This document shows, one piece after another, positions 33,964 through 47,000 of a stretch of DNA of 64,000 nucleotides. How positions within the stretch are numbered: the first letter of the stretch is position 1; each line of letters starts with the position of its first letter. Source of the DNA: Phoronis australis (Eukaryota > Animalia > Phoronida); NCBI GenBank assembly GCA_002633005.1, contig NMRA01000536.1, positions 76,195 to 140,194 on the forward strand, given 5' to 3'. A program made the position numbers and the translations under genes. Below the pieces are notes generated by a model, which saw only the letters and a program-made list of their open reading frames with translations, ran no database searches and was not told the DNA's origin.

Positions 33964-36898
33964 ATATTTCTAGGCTTTCGATGTAAGCTCATTACGATTC
34001 ATAATTCATTTAGAGGTCCCTTAATTGTTCGTCATTGTACTCTGGCTTGCGTCAACGCACAGATTGTAGTTCACGTGCCGGTGCACTTTGTGCAACCAAG
34101 AGTGTCATGTCATTGCATAATTCGGCGGCCATCTAAATTAACAAGGGTAACTCTGCAAACATAATCTAAAACCCCAGGTCATATGAGAATAGTAATCTTA
34201 AAATGGAGTCGATAGATATATGGAAGTTATTTCTCATGTACATCAATTTAAGAAAACTAGAACAACGTAGCATTTCCTCGAGTTACGTCGTTATGTGGAC
34301 GAGGATTCTGGAATGTTTGCCTTTCAGGAACAAATGTGTACGCTGCAGTCACGTTTCTAAAAGATAAAACATACAATGATTCGTGGAATTTGCTCCCTTT
34401 ACCTTTATGAAGTCGGTCTGACTACCAAAGATCAATTTCTTCTTATCTGCGTATAGGGCAATTTCATTACCAAGAGCTGCACCGCTGACGCCAAACTTCA
34501 CCGTGCAAAATTCGAAAGAAGAATAAAACATCTTACAGCGGTCATTCCATACATTGAATGGATATGTGAAGTCTACCTCTGGCAACACAGACCAAATGTC
34601 TCAAAATCCTAACCATTCAAACATGCATTCCTGAATTTCTGATCTTCATACCTGCCGCATCGATTCCATTCATCTTACAGCAGCTGACGACCTTGGATCG
34701 ACTGTGAGCGCATTTTATTCACATAATCATGGACATAACGATGTGCAGCCGGTTTAACAAGAACCTCATTTTGATTAATTTATTATTTGTGAATTATTTT
34801 CAACAAGTGTAACGTTGGATCACCTATGTGTTGTACGCATCGCACTAACATCAACTTGAGACACTCTCCCCGTACATGTAGTTGCCACCACTTTATAACA
34901 CAGCAAATTTCACAAATTAGACACAACTAATGTAGTAGTCATCAATGTGTAGACGATTTTTACTGGCAAATCCGTAAAAAGTGGCGTTCAGTGCCATCCA
35001 CCAGTGGCTGGCAATGCGTTGGTACTTCGCCAGAATTTCGTATTTTCGAGACATTTGACTAGGTGATGAAAAAGTTTGCACTTCGATGGCTTTTGACTGA
35101 AAAAAGTGGAAACCGTATCATTAAGGACTTCATTAATGGGCCTAATTGTTTTTGTATACTCCTGTAGTCTTAGTTTGTTTATATTTGTATTGTTACAGCA
35201 TATTTTATAGGACGACATCGGATCTAATCCGACGTTCGTATCAGAAGTAATGCTTCTGCTGACATAACAGCTGTGTACACTAAATACAAAATAATAGAAT
35301 CATTTTGCCAGTCACTACTGACGTTCACTATGTGTGTGTTCAGGTAGATGTCAACCATAATGCAAACCAGTTAAAGGTTGTGCACGACCTTATGGACACG
35401 TGAGTGTATATAACCAAACTGAAATCAACCTGAATTCAGTTTAGTTAAAGCATACACTTAATAAAATTTATTAAATAGTTAACATTCGTAGAATTTTATT
35501 TTTGACTTTATGCCAATCTACCATTAATAGATTCACATGGTCCTGCTTTTTCAGTAAAACTAGCAAAAATGAAAGGTATCTTCACTACAAAACAATAGTA
35601 TCACTAACCTAACCAAATTTCTTTTGACATAGATGTTCAAGATGAAATCCAAAAATGTTACAGTTTTCAGAATTATCTTTTCATTACTGTTTTTTTTTGT
35701 TGTCCCTCAAGTGAGATTGCATCAATTTAAGTCAGATGCCAACAACATTTCAGAGAATAGTACATTGTGTATAGTATCTGAATGTTTCAATGGAATCTGA
35801 TCTTTCTGAAATATGATGTTCCAGTGTCAGCTAAATTTTTACTTTTCACCTGTTACACACATGTGTAGGCCTACCTTCATCTACTTGGTCTTTGTCAGCA
35901 TTCAGCGCTCGAATAGTTAAATAACGAGATACATAGATGGGAATTTATGAGTTGAATAGACCAAAGTAAACATTTAGAGTAAATAAAATGTTTGTAAAGA
36001 TAAGTCTGACATATATATCTATCAAAGGCAAATATTTTGACATTACATGAAACTTCAATCTGACTTCTAAAATATAGTAATCACGTCCACACTTACTAAA
36101 TTTGACCAGCCATGATCAAACTTTTACATGCAACCATTGCCTGATGATTAAGGTATTAAACCAAACTTGTCAAAAAATCTTGAATAAAGATTGTTAGGCC
36201 AGTAAAATTCCTCAACGTTGAGTTCCAAGCTTAACAAACTTTGCCTTTAGGTAACCATTGTTGTGCAAGCTTGAGTAAAATTGTTGACCAGTAAGGTAAT
36301 TCAAGCTATCTTGGACGAATTCAATAACCAAGCAAGCCTAGTTTTCTCTCTAGAGTTCAAAATCCGGAAGATGATCCAAAATTCTGCTACATAGTTAAGA
36401 AAAAGTAAACCAAATACAACCATCTAATCTTCACACCTGCAAATAATGGTCATTGTTCAAAACACTTCTTAAACATCGATACAGATCTATATGAATGCAC
36501 AAAAATTGTAGGTCATTGCTTGATTGTCGATTATCACTTCAATCTCTTGACAAAGGCAGTCTCACTAAATTAACTTTCTAGATAAACAGCCAATTTTCCA
36601 ACTACATCAGTGAAATTTATAAACCCTACCACATTGAACTTTGAGCAGAGGTAATAATAACTCAAAAATGTCCTTATTCAGAACATTCCTAACCATGATG
36701 CACCATTAAAAAGAAAGAAGACTGAGGTGAACTGCATGGTCAAAATTTCCCCGCACTTTTGATAGTTAGCCTCATAATTCTTCTACCTTTGTCAAACTTA
36801 TTGCGAATATCCAGAAACAGACCAGACAAGAATTAGCTGACCTTATTTTCTTCATCAAATGAATTTCAGTCTTTTCTGAAAACTGATGTACTATTGGC

Positions 36899-38004
36899 TC
36901 AAGTTCCTGTGTAAATACTGTCCCCTCGGCCAAGGTACCCCATCCATGGTTGTTGAGACACCGGCTGGAAGCGAACCTGCCTCAGTTCTTTGTGACTGTT
37001 ACTCCTTTCAGTGGTTGCCATGGATGCAGACACTCTCGTCCAGTTGCCATGGTGAACAACATCAGGCAAACTGATCTTGGATATGCGTGAGAAGTACTCC
37101 AAGCGTACAAAACCACCAAATTCATCCATGATCTGGCCATAGAACATAAACGGTGTTACAACGTCCAAACTCCCATCTCCGTCGAGATCTCCAATAACTC
37201 CTTGAAAGCAGAAAAGAGTGTTTCATTCTAGACAGCTGCCTTCTATTTGGAAATCGAAATAGTTGAAAAAGAATGTCTTTGTAAGATTCTTAATTTACAG
37301 CAAAAATTCTTTCATTCTTGTACACTGAAAGCACATATCAATCCAGAGCAGAAATTTACTTAATAAAATTCACTTGAGTTTACCCACTTTGGAATAAATA
37401 ACAAAAATTGTAAGCTCATGTAGTAGTGCAAAACAAAGGCTTTCAACTTAGCAACTGTAACTCAGTCAGTGTCTTTGGTGTACAAAAATGGAAGAATGTT
37501 CGCTATAGAGAGCTTTGCATTTAATGCACGGCTACATCGTGTGAAGTCTTGCAGTTTTTGCAAGATTCTTGCCTCTACAGAACGCACACCAAGTTATAGA
37601 ACAAACAGTCCTGGTTACAGCTCAGTCACACAATGGATAAACAATGCTAGGCAACAATCGCTAGATAGCCACCAGTTGTTCAAAATACATTAATTGGCGA
37701 TATTTCTTCTCCTTGAAAATTGGCAAAACTTTGGAGCAAAATTTTAATTTTCAAATTAATTTAGCTTCTAATTCCTCTGATTTCCTTGTGAGGTTTCACA
37801 AAGCCAGGCGAATTTCAACAAAAATTTATCTGCTACGTTGTTTTTATTGCTACAATCAGGAAAAAGAATAAACAAAAACCTGACGAAAAGAATCACAGAG
37901 ATCATATGGGTCTCAGTCAGTGCAGCAACAGACTTACCTGATATGATCTCAAAGTGCTTTAGAATAGTACAGAGAGCACCATCTTCAGGTTCATCATCAT
38001 CATT

Positions 38005-38051
<47 letters not shown>

Positions 38052-41000
38052 TGCCTCCCAAATGCCTTTTGGTTCTATTGATTTCTTGATCTGTTAAATC
38101 TAAGAAAAGCAACAAAAGCAAACTTCAGAATAATTTGAACAGACAAGTAAACAATGTCAAAATGTATGGATGAACTGTACATACAGTACACACCAAAAGT
38201 ATGACAGACAAATTGACTAGGAATTCGTCATCATGATGGCAGGGTGGAAGCCGAATTCATCATCGGAGTACTCTTCCCTCATGAATGAGAATGAAAGGGA
38301 AAGTAAGTTACTAAAGGTGGCTAAGCCATTCTGTTATCAGAGTTTTGCTGCCCTACAGTGTATATATAACCAGTAATTTTTTGATGTTAACAGAATTAGT
38401 CTTCATGATGTGAAAACAGTATTTTGTCTGATTACTTTTGTCTTGTAATGTACAAAGGCATGTTAATGGTGACTAATGTGACTAACGCTGCTAAATAATA
38501 ACACAAGACATGTACGTGATGTGACTGGCTTACGTCAGATTCCTCCACTGACCAGGCACTAGACAAAACGATTTAGTCACAGTTTAGCAATATACATTTA
38601 CACAAACTTAACGTCTGTCACTAAAATTAAATAGGATTTCAGTTGATAGGCTAGTATCCTGTTCCAAGTCTGTCTTAATGTGTCTGATGACATTCCAAGA
38701 CAGCCAATCCAGACAGGTAAACACAGCGTACTGTGCTTTAGTGTGTGGCCATTGACTAATGAACAAGAACAATTATTGAGTTTGTTCATTATATTTCATG
38801 TAGTAAAATTGTGGCATTGTCTCGGAATGATGCCAGCAGCCAGTCCTGTATTTGAATAAATCACCATATTGTGAGTCGGTAGGTGGAATGCGCTCTATTT
38901 CAAGATTTCAAATGTGGGCAACCGTAAAAATTGACAATACAGGAGTATACCTTTAAAATTTTGATATACCAAATAGCAGCTAAATCTAGCCTTCAGTCAC
39001 TGAACCAGACCATCAGAAGCCATACTGCTTTCAGCACATGAAACTAAGAGCCCATAAATCCAACCTTAATGAGGTGGGTCTCTATCAACTGCAATCTGCC
39101 ACTTCTCCCACACTGAGACCAGTTTTGTAGTCACTGTGGTGACTGATCTAATTCAAAAGAATGTTTTTGACATCCAATACTCAGACAAAGGTGGGTAACT
39201 GAAATAATTAAAAATTAAAAAAAGTTGGTGAATATGGCATCCACATTTCAAAGGTCTCACATGCGAAACTCAATAACGCTTTAGGGCTGACAAAAATCAA
39301 AAATCAGAATACAGCAGTTACTGAAATTTAAAAAACAATAATGGTGTCACGTCCTACACTAATAAATTCCACAGGCGGTACTCTGGTTGAATGAATTTCC
39401 TAAAGCCGATATTTGCCCCCAAATGAATCACTACACAAGGCCGGTGGCTAAGCTACAGAGTAGTGCATTAGAGTAGAGACAGTACACCATGCTGGTATTG
39501 TCTTCATTCAGTGGGCAAGAAGATCAGATGACAGGATTAAAGCTTAGTTAATTGATAAGTCAAGTTCCATGATATTCGACGTAGTTTTTTTTTAAAAGTT
39601 CATGAATTTCGTCAAAATTTTAGAAAACACAGCAAATTAGATTGTAAATTTGAAAATCAGACAAAAACCTGACTGATTTTCGTCAAGACGAAATATGATC
39701 AAGGTAGTTTTTTTAACACTACAGACTACAGTACAATAGCAGGTGGTCCCCAAAGTAGTCATAACTGTCACACAATTGACGTTAATAGACTGTTAAACCA
39801 GTCAGGTTCTTGGGTTATCTGTTGCTGGCAAATGTCTATCAAGCTTGATTTTGAAGATGTAGAACTGCAAACCTTCTAGCAATTTATACTAAGTAATCGT
39901 AATGCATCTTACTGTAATAGTACTTGAGAGCAGGGTATCCTGTAATCTTGACCAAGTGTTGTGTGTTCAGCCGTGTCACAAGGTACACATTGACGACGTC
40001 TGATGCAGCCTTCTTCTCAACACAAACAGGACGGTGACCCTTCAATTCACCATCATCTGAAACATAATGTAATGCCCTGAGACAGCACAAATGAATACTT
40101 GCCACTGTATTTGCAATACAACTCAGGAGCATTTCATCCAATACAGAGTCAGGGCACAATTTTTTTAAAGCCATCAGACCAGCTAAGAGCTTTGTTTTCC
40201 ACACAATATGATGGCGAACTTACTGACCTCAGGCCTACATGTAAGCAGGAATGTACCGTTAGTTTTCCCAAAAGCCCAGAAACCATAAAGTAATTATCAA
40301 AATTCATGGAATCTGTTTTCAAAAATGCAATATTCACAATGCCCTTATTTTCCATTGCTATACAGAACATTTCCTTAAATACAGCATTTATGCGCCAAGT
40401 TTGCGGATCGTTTGAGACGACTTCAAGTAACTTGAATTACCTGACAAACCTTTATTGTCACTCATAATGAGGGTCCAAGGGATTACATGTACTTTTCAAA
40501 AGCAAAGCTTTGCAGGTATATTACGGGAATAGTGCAGAAAAATTTCTTTAAGAAAGTGTCTCTTCACAAATTTGTGAAAACATCATAAAAATTGTGATAA
40601 GAGGTCAAACGCAAATGGACTAGACGTAACATGGTTAAGATGATGACACAAAATTTGGAGAAAGTTTCATCTACTCAACGGGTTGCAAAATGTGAATTAA
40701 TCTGTAACCGATAGGAATTATATTCAAATTGACATTTCATAGAGAAAAAATATGAGACCAAGACTGACAATCATCCAAAGCTTTGGGAATAAGGAACTTT
40801 TAGCTTTCCATAGACTGTGAATTTAAAGCCTTCCTGTATATGGTATAATCTCATCAATTTCAGACACAAATAATTGCCTAATTTGCCCTTTTCATATTCA
40901 AAGGCTTCTTAGTTGCGAATGCCCACAATTTTTTGTTTAATGGTTGTTAGTGTCCCAAACTAGAATATGTTCATTTGCTGCTACTTATATTTCATGGAAA

Positions 41001-44000
41001 AAGGAGAAAACAATATTTCGCCAGTCAGTCGTAACGTGTCCTAAATTCGTGAGATTCTGCGGTGACTGTTAATGTCACTTCACAAAACTGACCAAAAATG
41101 ACTTAACAGAAATATTCGATTACCAGAATCACACGGTTAGTGTGAATCAATGCTTTACTGAACGGAATTGTGTGCAATGAAGCGAAATGCCCCCCTTAAC
41201 CCATTTAAGTACAAGGCACTAAGTTAACAGAGATTAGCTTAGTATGAAATTTTCAAGAAAGAGATTAGAAATTCAGAATTTAAATGCACTGGTTAATTCA
41301 GATGTCAGAGTTGTATCCAAGGCTGTGGTGTTAAAATGTGGCTTTGTGGTTTTCTAAAGAAGTGTGCTGTCCTCATAATACATCAATTTTTTTAACGCAA
41401 TGGAGTTTCCCCATCATGATTTGTCAGGTACTTTGATAGTATAACTCATGCTAGAACTTTAATTGCCCGATTATTTTTTAGCGTCTAGTATGAGCAGCAC
41501 AGCCACTTCACCTAGGTGTTGTCAAGTCCCTTTGGAGGTATTGGGTTAAACTACATGAACAATAGTTCTCAAAAAAGATCAAATTTCTCTGAGTCAAAAA
41601 TTGCCAAAATGTCGAGACAAAACTTCGGCGAATTTGTAATAGCTGTTGAATGCTTTTTTATTTGATTTCCTTCTACACGTTATGCATAAATTTGGCTAAG
41701 CTAGATGAGATTTTTTGACTTTGGGACTGCAAAATGTACATTTTAAGTGTGGTGATCAATTTTGTTTTGCATCACATAAAAGGAGGGATTATTTCAGTCG
41801 GAAAACAGTTCTAGTATTAAGTAAAAGTTAGTTCAAGGAACACTCCATCATGTATACCTGTGGATTCCATGTGACGTTTTCTTCTCTGGAATTATTGTTG
41901 GACACAACATGTCAAGTATCAAGAAAAAACAATAAAGAAACAAAAATGCCCAAATATGAACATTTAATTTAACAATAAAAAGCCAAAACCCCAACACAGT
42001 CTGATCAAAGACATAATCTTCTTCATCGTCAGTTTGAATAGCGATTTGCAAATTTACACGTAATTTCTAAAAAATCCTCGAGGACATTTTTCACGATGAT
42101 CAAGTAAGTCCCTGGTTCACACTGTGGCGCATCAGAAATTTAGAAAAATAGTTTTAAAAAATAACCAAATTAGTTGAAACTCAATGCTTACAAAAGGTAC
42201 AAGTCTATCGTGTTTTGTTAAAGGTTCATTACAAGAAATGTACTGCACAACAATTAGATTTCAGCTCCGAAAGCATTTGAAAACATTATATCCACATCAA
42301 CTGCTATCATCATAATCCAAGGCCAATCCAACATCATGCATTGTGTTGGTTCATGTTTTGGGGTAAAACTGGTAGTTTTGAATCTTTATACAATGAGTTA
42401 GCAATGGTACCCAAACATGATGAAATCGTGGACTGAGGTGAGTGGATTGATTGCTTCAAAGAAAAGATTCATAGCTGCTAACTTGATTTAACGACTTTGA
42501 TGTTTGTGACGTTCACTGGACCTAGTTAGTGATGTGAAGAATTTTAAAATGCATAATTTTTTGTTTGAAAAGTACAAACAATTACAGATTTCAAAAGAAT
42601 TACAAGTATCCTATCTTTGAAACACTGGTGAAACACTGATCCAAAAATTTCCCTCAAAATTTTCATCAGATTCCTGCTTAAATTGCTACGCATTTCCCTT
42701 GTCATTTTTGACGAAGACGAAAAAAAACCCAACGAAATCTAAGCGATATCAACAATAATTCAGCTGATATTTTAGGAATCATCTTTAGGAAAATCATAAT
42801 CCAACTCATTCAACTTACTGATGATCCAGACTCAGAGTGGTTCAACTGGTTTCCATGGACTCGGAAGATGAAGGCGTCAAGGTGAGGCTGCGTAGTCCTG
42901 GCGACAAGCGGCGATGTCCCTTCAAGCTTGGATGTCTCAAAGGTCCAGATGACATCACCATTGCGTCCGTCAATGACCACAGTCTGAATTCAAAAGGACA
43001 GCATCGAGCACAAACTATATGCTACAACATTCATGTAAAAATATAAAATGAAAAAAGCCAAGCCTTGTCAGAGACACAATAATTAATTTCATTCCATTGG
43101 TGAGTCAAATATCAGGTGAATTTCATGAGACATGTTGTATTACGAGGCCCAACATGAGAGCATCATCAGGACACTACAAGTCCACCTAACAACCATTCTC
43201 AGGATGACGGCAGTCATTATCCACTTATACAAGAGAGACAGTTGTCACCATGTCAGTGATCATGGCGCGACTTGCTCCATGTAAGAGGCTTTTACACAAC
43301 ATTAGATTGCAAACTGGATCAGCACGAGTCACTTACATGAAGACTGTCTGCGCATGCTTGCATAAACAACAGCTAATGTCCAAACCAAATGAAATGCCAG
43401 CTAATCACCCGAATACATGCTATTACACTAGCACATTGAAAGATGACCCATTTCCACCCTGCCCCAGATGTGTTTAGACAATGTAGCTGATACTGGACCA
43501 ACTGATCGAGTGTAACTCGGGCTTTACCAAACAAACCAGTGTCAAAAAATGGCTACCGCAGTGTCACTTGCTCTGTGTCAGTCGTGTTTAAACACACACT
43601 TGCACAAGAGCATCCGTTCTATGTTAGCTGCACCGGGTCAGCTGTCTCTCGTGTAAATACGGCTATTGACAGTCGAAAATGTTCAATTTCGGGTATGTAC
43701 TTGATCTTGTCTCATCAAAGTCACCCGATACCTGTGAGACACTATCATGAAAATGTTAAAGACTCAATCCATAGCAAACTTTACAGTTAATTAATTTGAG
43801 ACGGAGAGAGTGGGTACAAACAAAACTGTAAATTTTCAGTTAGCAAAATGTGTTACACTATTAACTGAATTAATATAACAATGAAAACAAGATGTGCATT
43901 TTGAAGGTAGATTTTCAGAAAAAATAAGCTCAATTTAATAGCACATGAAACTAGCTATATTTTTATATTGATTCTGTTCAAATGATATTGTCATTTACAA

Positions 44001-47000
44001 CATGTGAGGATGCGTCACTCCAAGTGCTTCACCTTGGATGAGTCATACTTGATCCAGGCTCCGTGATTCCAATGAGTCATGAAATCCAACACACCATCCT
44101 CATTGAAATACCCAGGTGCGGGCGTACTGCAAATGAAAGTCCAACTTGTGAAAACAGCTCAATTCTGTGACTGTTCACTGAGGAGTTCACAAGTCTTCCT
44201 ACAAACTATCTAAAGAATGGTGGTCCGTTTATTTGTAAGTCTCTGAGACTTACATGTAACAGCCTCCATATTTATTAAACCAATATAACAATAAAATAGC
44301 ATTTCAATAGCTTGTCCGGAACCTGCTTTGCCAGGTTGTTATAGCCCATTTGGCTGTTTGGTGTACCCAATTGGTACTTATATGATATTTGCCCATTTGG
44401 CAGTTTGTACCCACTTGGTATTGAATTTGCCGTTTTGCTGGACCCGGTTGGTAGGCAATCGGCCAATTCCCATTTGGTATTATGTACCCACTTGGTACTA
44501 ATACTAACATGTGCCACTTAGTAGGTGACACTCAATTACACACTGGGTATCACAAATTGGTGTGGTATCACTTGTAACGGTACCAGATGGGTACCTTCTG
44601 TGAAATAATTATTTGTTGAGCTGTGACCCTGAAATTCCCAATACAACTTTGTTGTTTTATTTGTCCCCAATATTTTGAAAAATATGTTGAAATTTGGAAG
44701 CTACAAATCTTCATTAATTATGAGAACACTATACACCGTGTTTTGGGGAGTTTCTGAAAGACCCAAGGAGTGCTAATTAGATCAAATCAAATAATACAAA
44801 CTTCAAGAAGGAATCAATCAAATTTGTGGCAGCGTATCCTCCCGTTACCAGCCAATCAAAAAACTTGTTTCATGCAATCAGGTACCTTAACTCTCGGTAA
44901 TAAAAAATAACAACTTAAAGGCTCCACTCTGAAAACATAAACCAAAACTATGGTTTTCAAAGATGGCGCTGGCTGGGAACTTATAAACTAATATGTTGAA
45001 TATGGGCCTACTTAAAATATTTTTGTTTCTCCCTTAAGTTCCACGCAGCATAAAAGCCTGATGCTGCAAATTTCAAGCAACCAATGAAATCCATTCGATC
45101 CATGGTTTACCATGTGTATTAACCAATCAAAACAAAGAGTTCCAGCTAAACCATGAAGATGGCACTACATAAGGATTCAACCTGGTCTCACTACACTGGA
45201 ATGGGTCAATAAGCAGGTAAACTATTCTACTTTTACAAAATGCATACTTAATAGTATTAGCACGAGAAGTATTAACAGCTATACATAGCAAAAATACTTC
45301 TGTTATATTGCATACCAAATAATGCGTTCACATATAAATATGTGAGCGCATAATAATGTTTTGAGAAATGCACATTAATATACCGGCCAGGGGAAACGAA
45401 TCTAATTTTAATTTAGGTCCTATATTTCTTAAGGTCTAATGGTGTATGCAAATTATCTTCAGCTTATAATCGGTGCATAGTAGATCCAGATATAAAGTAG
45501 AGAGCAGGCTAACCTGCAGATCCATATACAAAGTACACAGCAGACTAACCTGTAGATCCATATACAAAGTACACAGCAGACTAACCTGTAGGATTCGTAT
45601 CCTGGAAAACTAATGTTCCACAAGACCTCCAAAGTTTCTCCATCGAGTAACATCAAGACGCCGTCAAAAGTTGACAGTAGAACATCACGAATGCCATCTT
45701 TGTTCATGTCAACTAAAACGGGGGGCACCATGACACCTTTGGCTTCAGTTCTGTCAACGATTTAACAAAGAACTAAGCATAGAAACAATATTTGCATAGC
45801 AACAATATTTGCATAGCAACAATATTTGCATAGCAACAACAGTTGCATCCAATGCACAGTCACAATGACCACATTTAGCTCAGGAAATGAACACTGCAAT
45901 TATATATACCGTATGCAGAGATCCATGTAGTACGAGTGATCAGAGTATTCCAAATTCTAGGATATGAAGAAATTCTTTTGCAGTTTATGTAAGTTGCAAA
46001 ACAAATTCTGTGAATTCATTAAATAAACAAACAACTCATTTTGAGTGTGCCACATGTGGTTGGTTAAATAAGGAAGCATTAATATGTGATGACGGTTGGA
46101 CAACAGACCAATCAAAACATCATTGACATAATATGATGGAATGGTCTAACAAGCTCAATATCTCAAAACGTATTTTGAAAATTGTAGCAACATTTTAAAT
46201 TGATACAAATGCACTTACAGTATAGCTGGCTGATGTTCAAGCAATCAACAAGGTTATTTTTATTTTCATGTGAGGTGAACACCACTCCTACTCCTTAAAA
46301 ACTCACCTACAATCAAATTGACCTCGTTTTCTCTTGCTCATGTCCCTCCCATGAAGTCTACAGACCCCAGCAACATGCGTTAATAAAAAGCGCAAGTCAC
46401 GGAAAGCTTGAAAAATGTTCTCAGTTGTGGGCTTACCCAATAATATAATATGTAGAAGCCAATGAAGTTTGAGGAGGCAGTGTGGCCTGGTTGATAAGTG
46501 CCCGCTTTCTTTACTCGAGGTCGTGGGTTCGAGTCCCGCCAGGTGACATTGCTAAACCCTTGAGCCAGGTTTCTAGCTCCTCAGCTCGGTTTTAACCATA
46601 TATTAATAAAGCATAAAAATATTTCCAGGTGATCAGTGCAATGGGCCCACATGTGAGGCCTGCGCACGTCTGGTACAACGTGTATCAGACCGCCTGCAAT
46701 TATTTTTTTTATTAATGAAGTTATGATTGAATGCCCAGTCAGTGTGTAAGCCAACTTTCAAATTTTCGGATCTCCCAAACTACAAGCCCATGGGCTTGAA
46801 CTGCGAAGGGCATTAATTAAGAGAAAATACCTGTATATCTCGTACAGCCCATCTCTGTCAGGTGTCAGGTGTCCCCACCTTCTGGTACCAGACATCTCGA
46901 TTGTCTTTGGTACTGGACTCTCCCCGGAAATGTTGAAAACGTGACGGTAGAAATCAGCAAGAGTGATAGCGTACAGGCAGCCTGAAAGAAAGTATGTTCA

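Noticed and set aside
34349-34770. Coding-looking segment between the convergent genes
   Set aside because: No recognisable domain, stops in extended frames, no clear splice context
37838-38089. Poly-Ser ORF on the + strand
   Set aside because: Antisense reading of the (GAT)n poly-Asp exon
39884-40204. 106-aa intronic ORF with faint recombinase-like TRL..TGY
   Set aside because: No catalytic motif set and no splice phases fitting the FAM234 model
46473-46545. tRNA gene
   Set aside because: A/B boxes present but acceptor and anticodon stems do not pair; better explained as a SINE head
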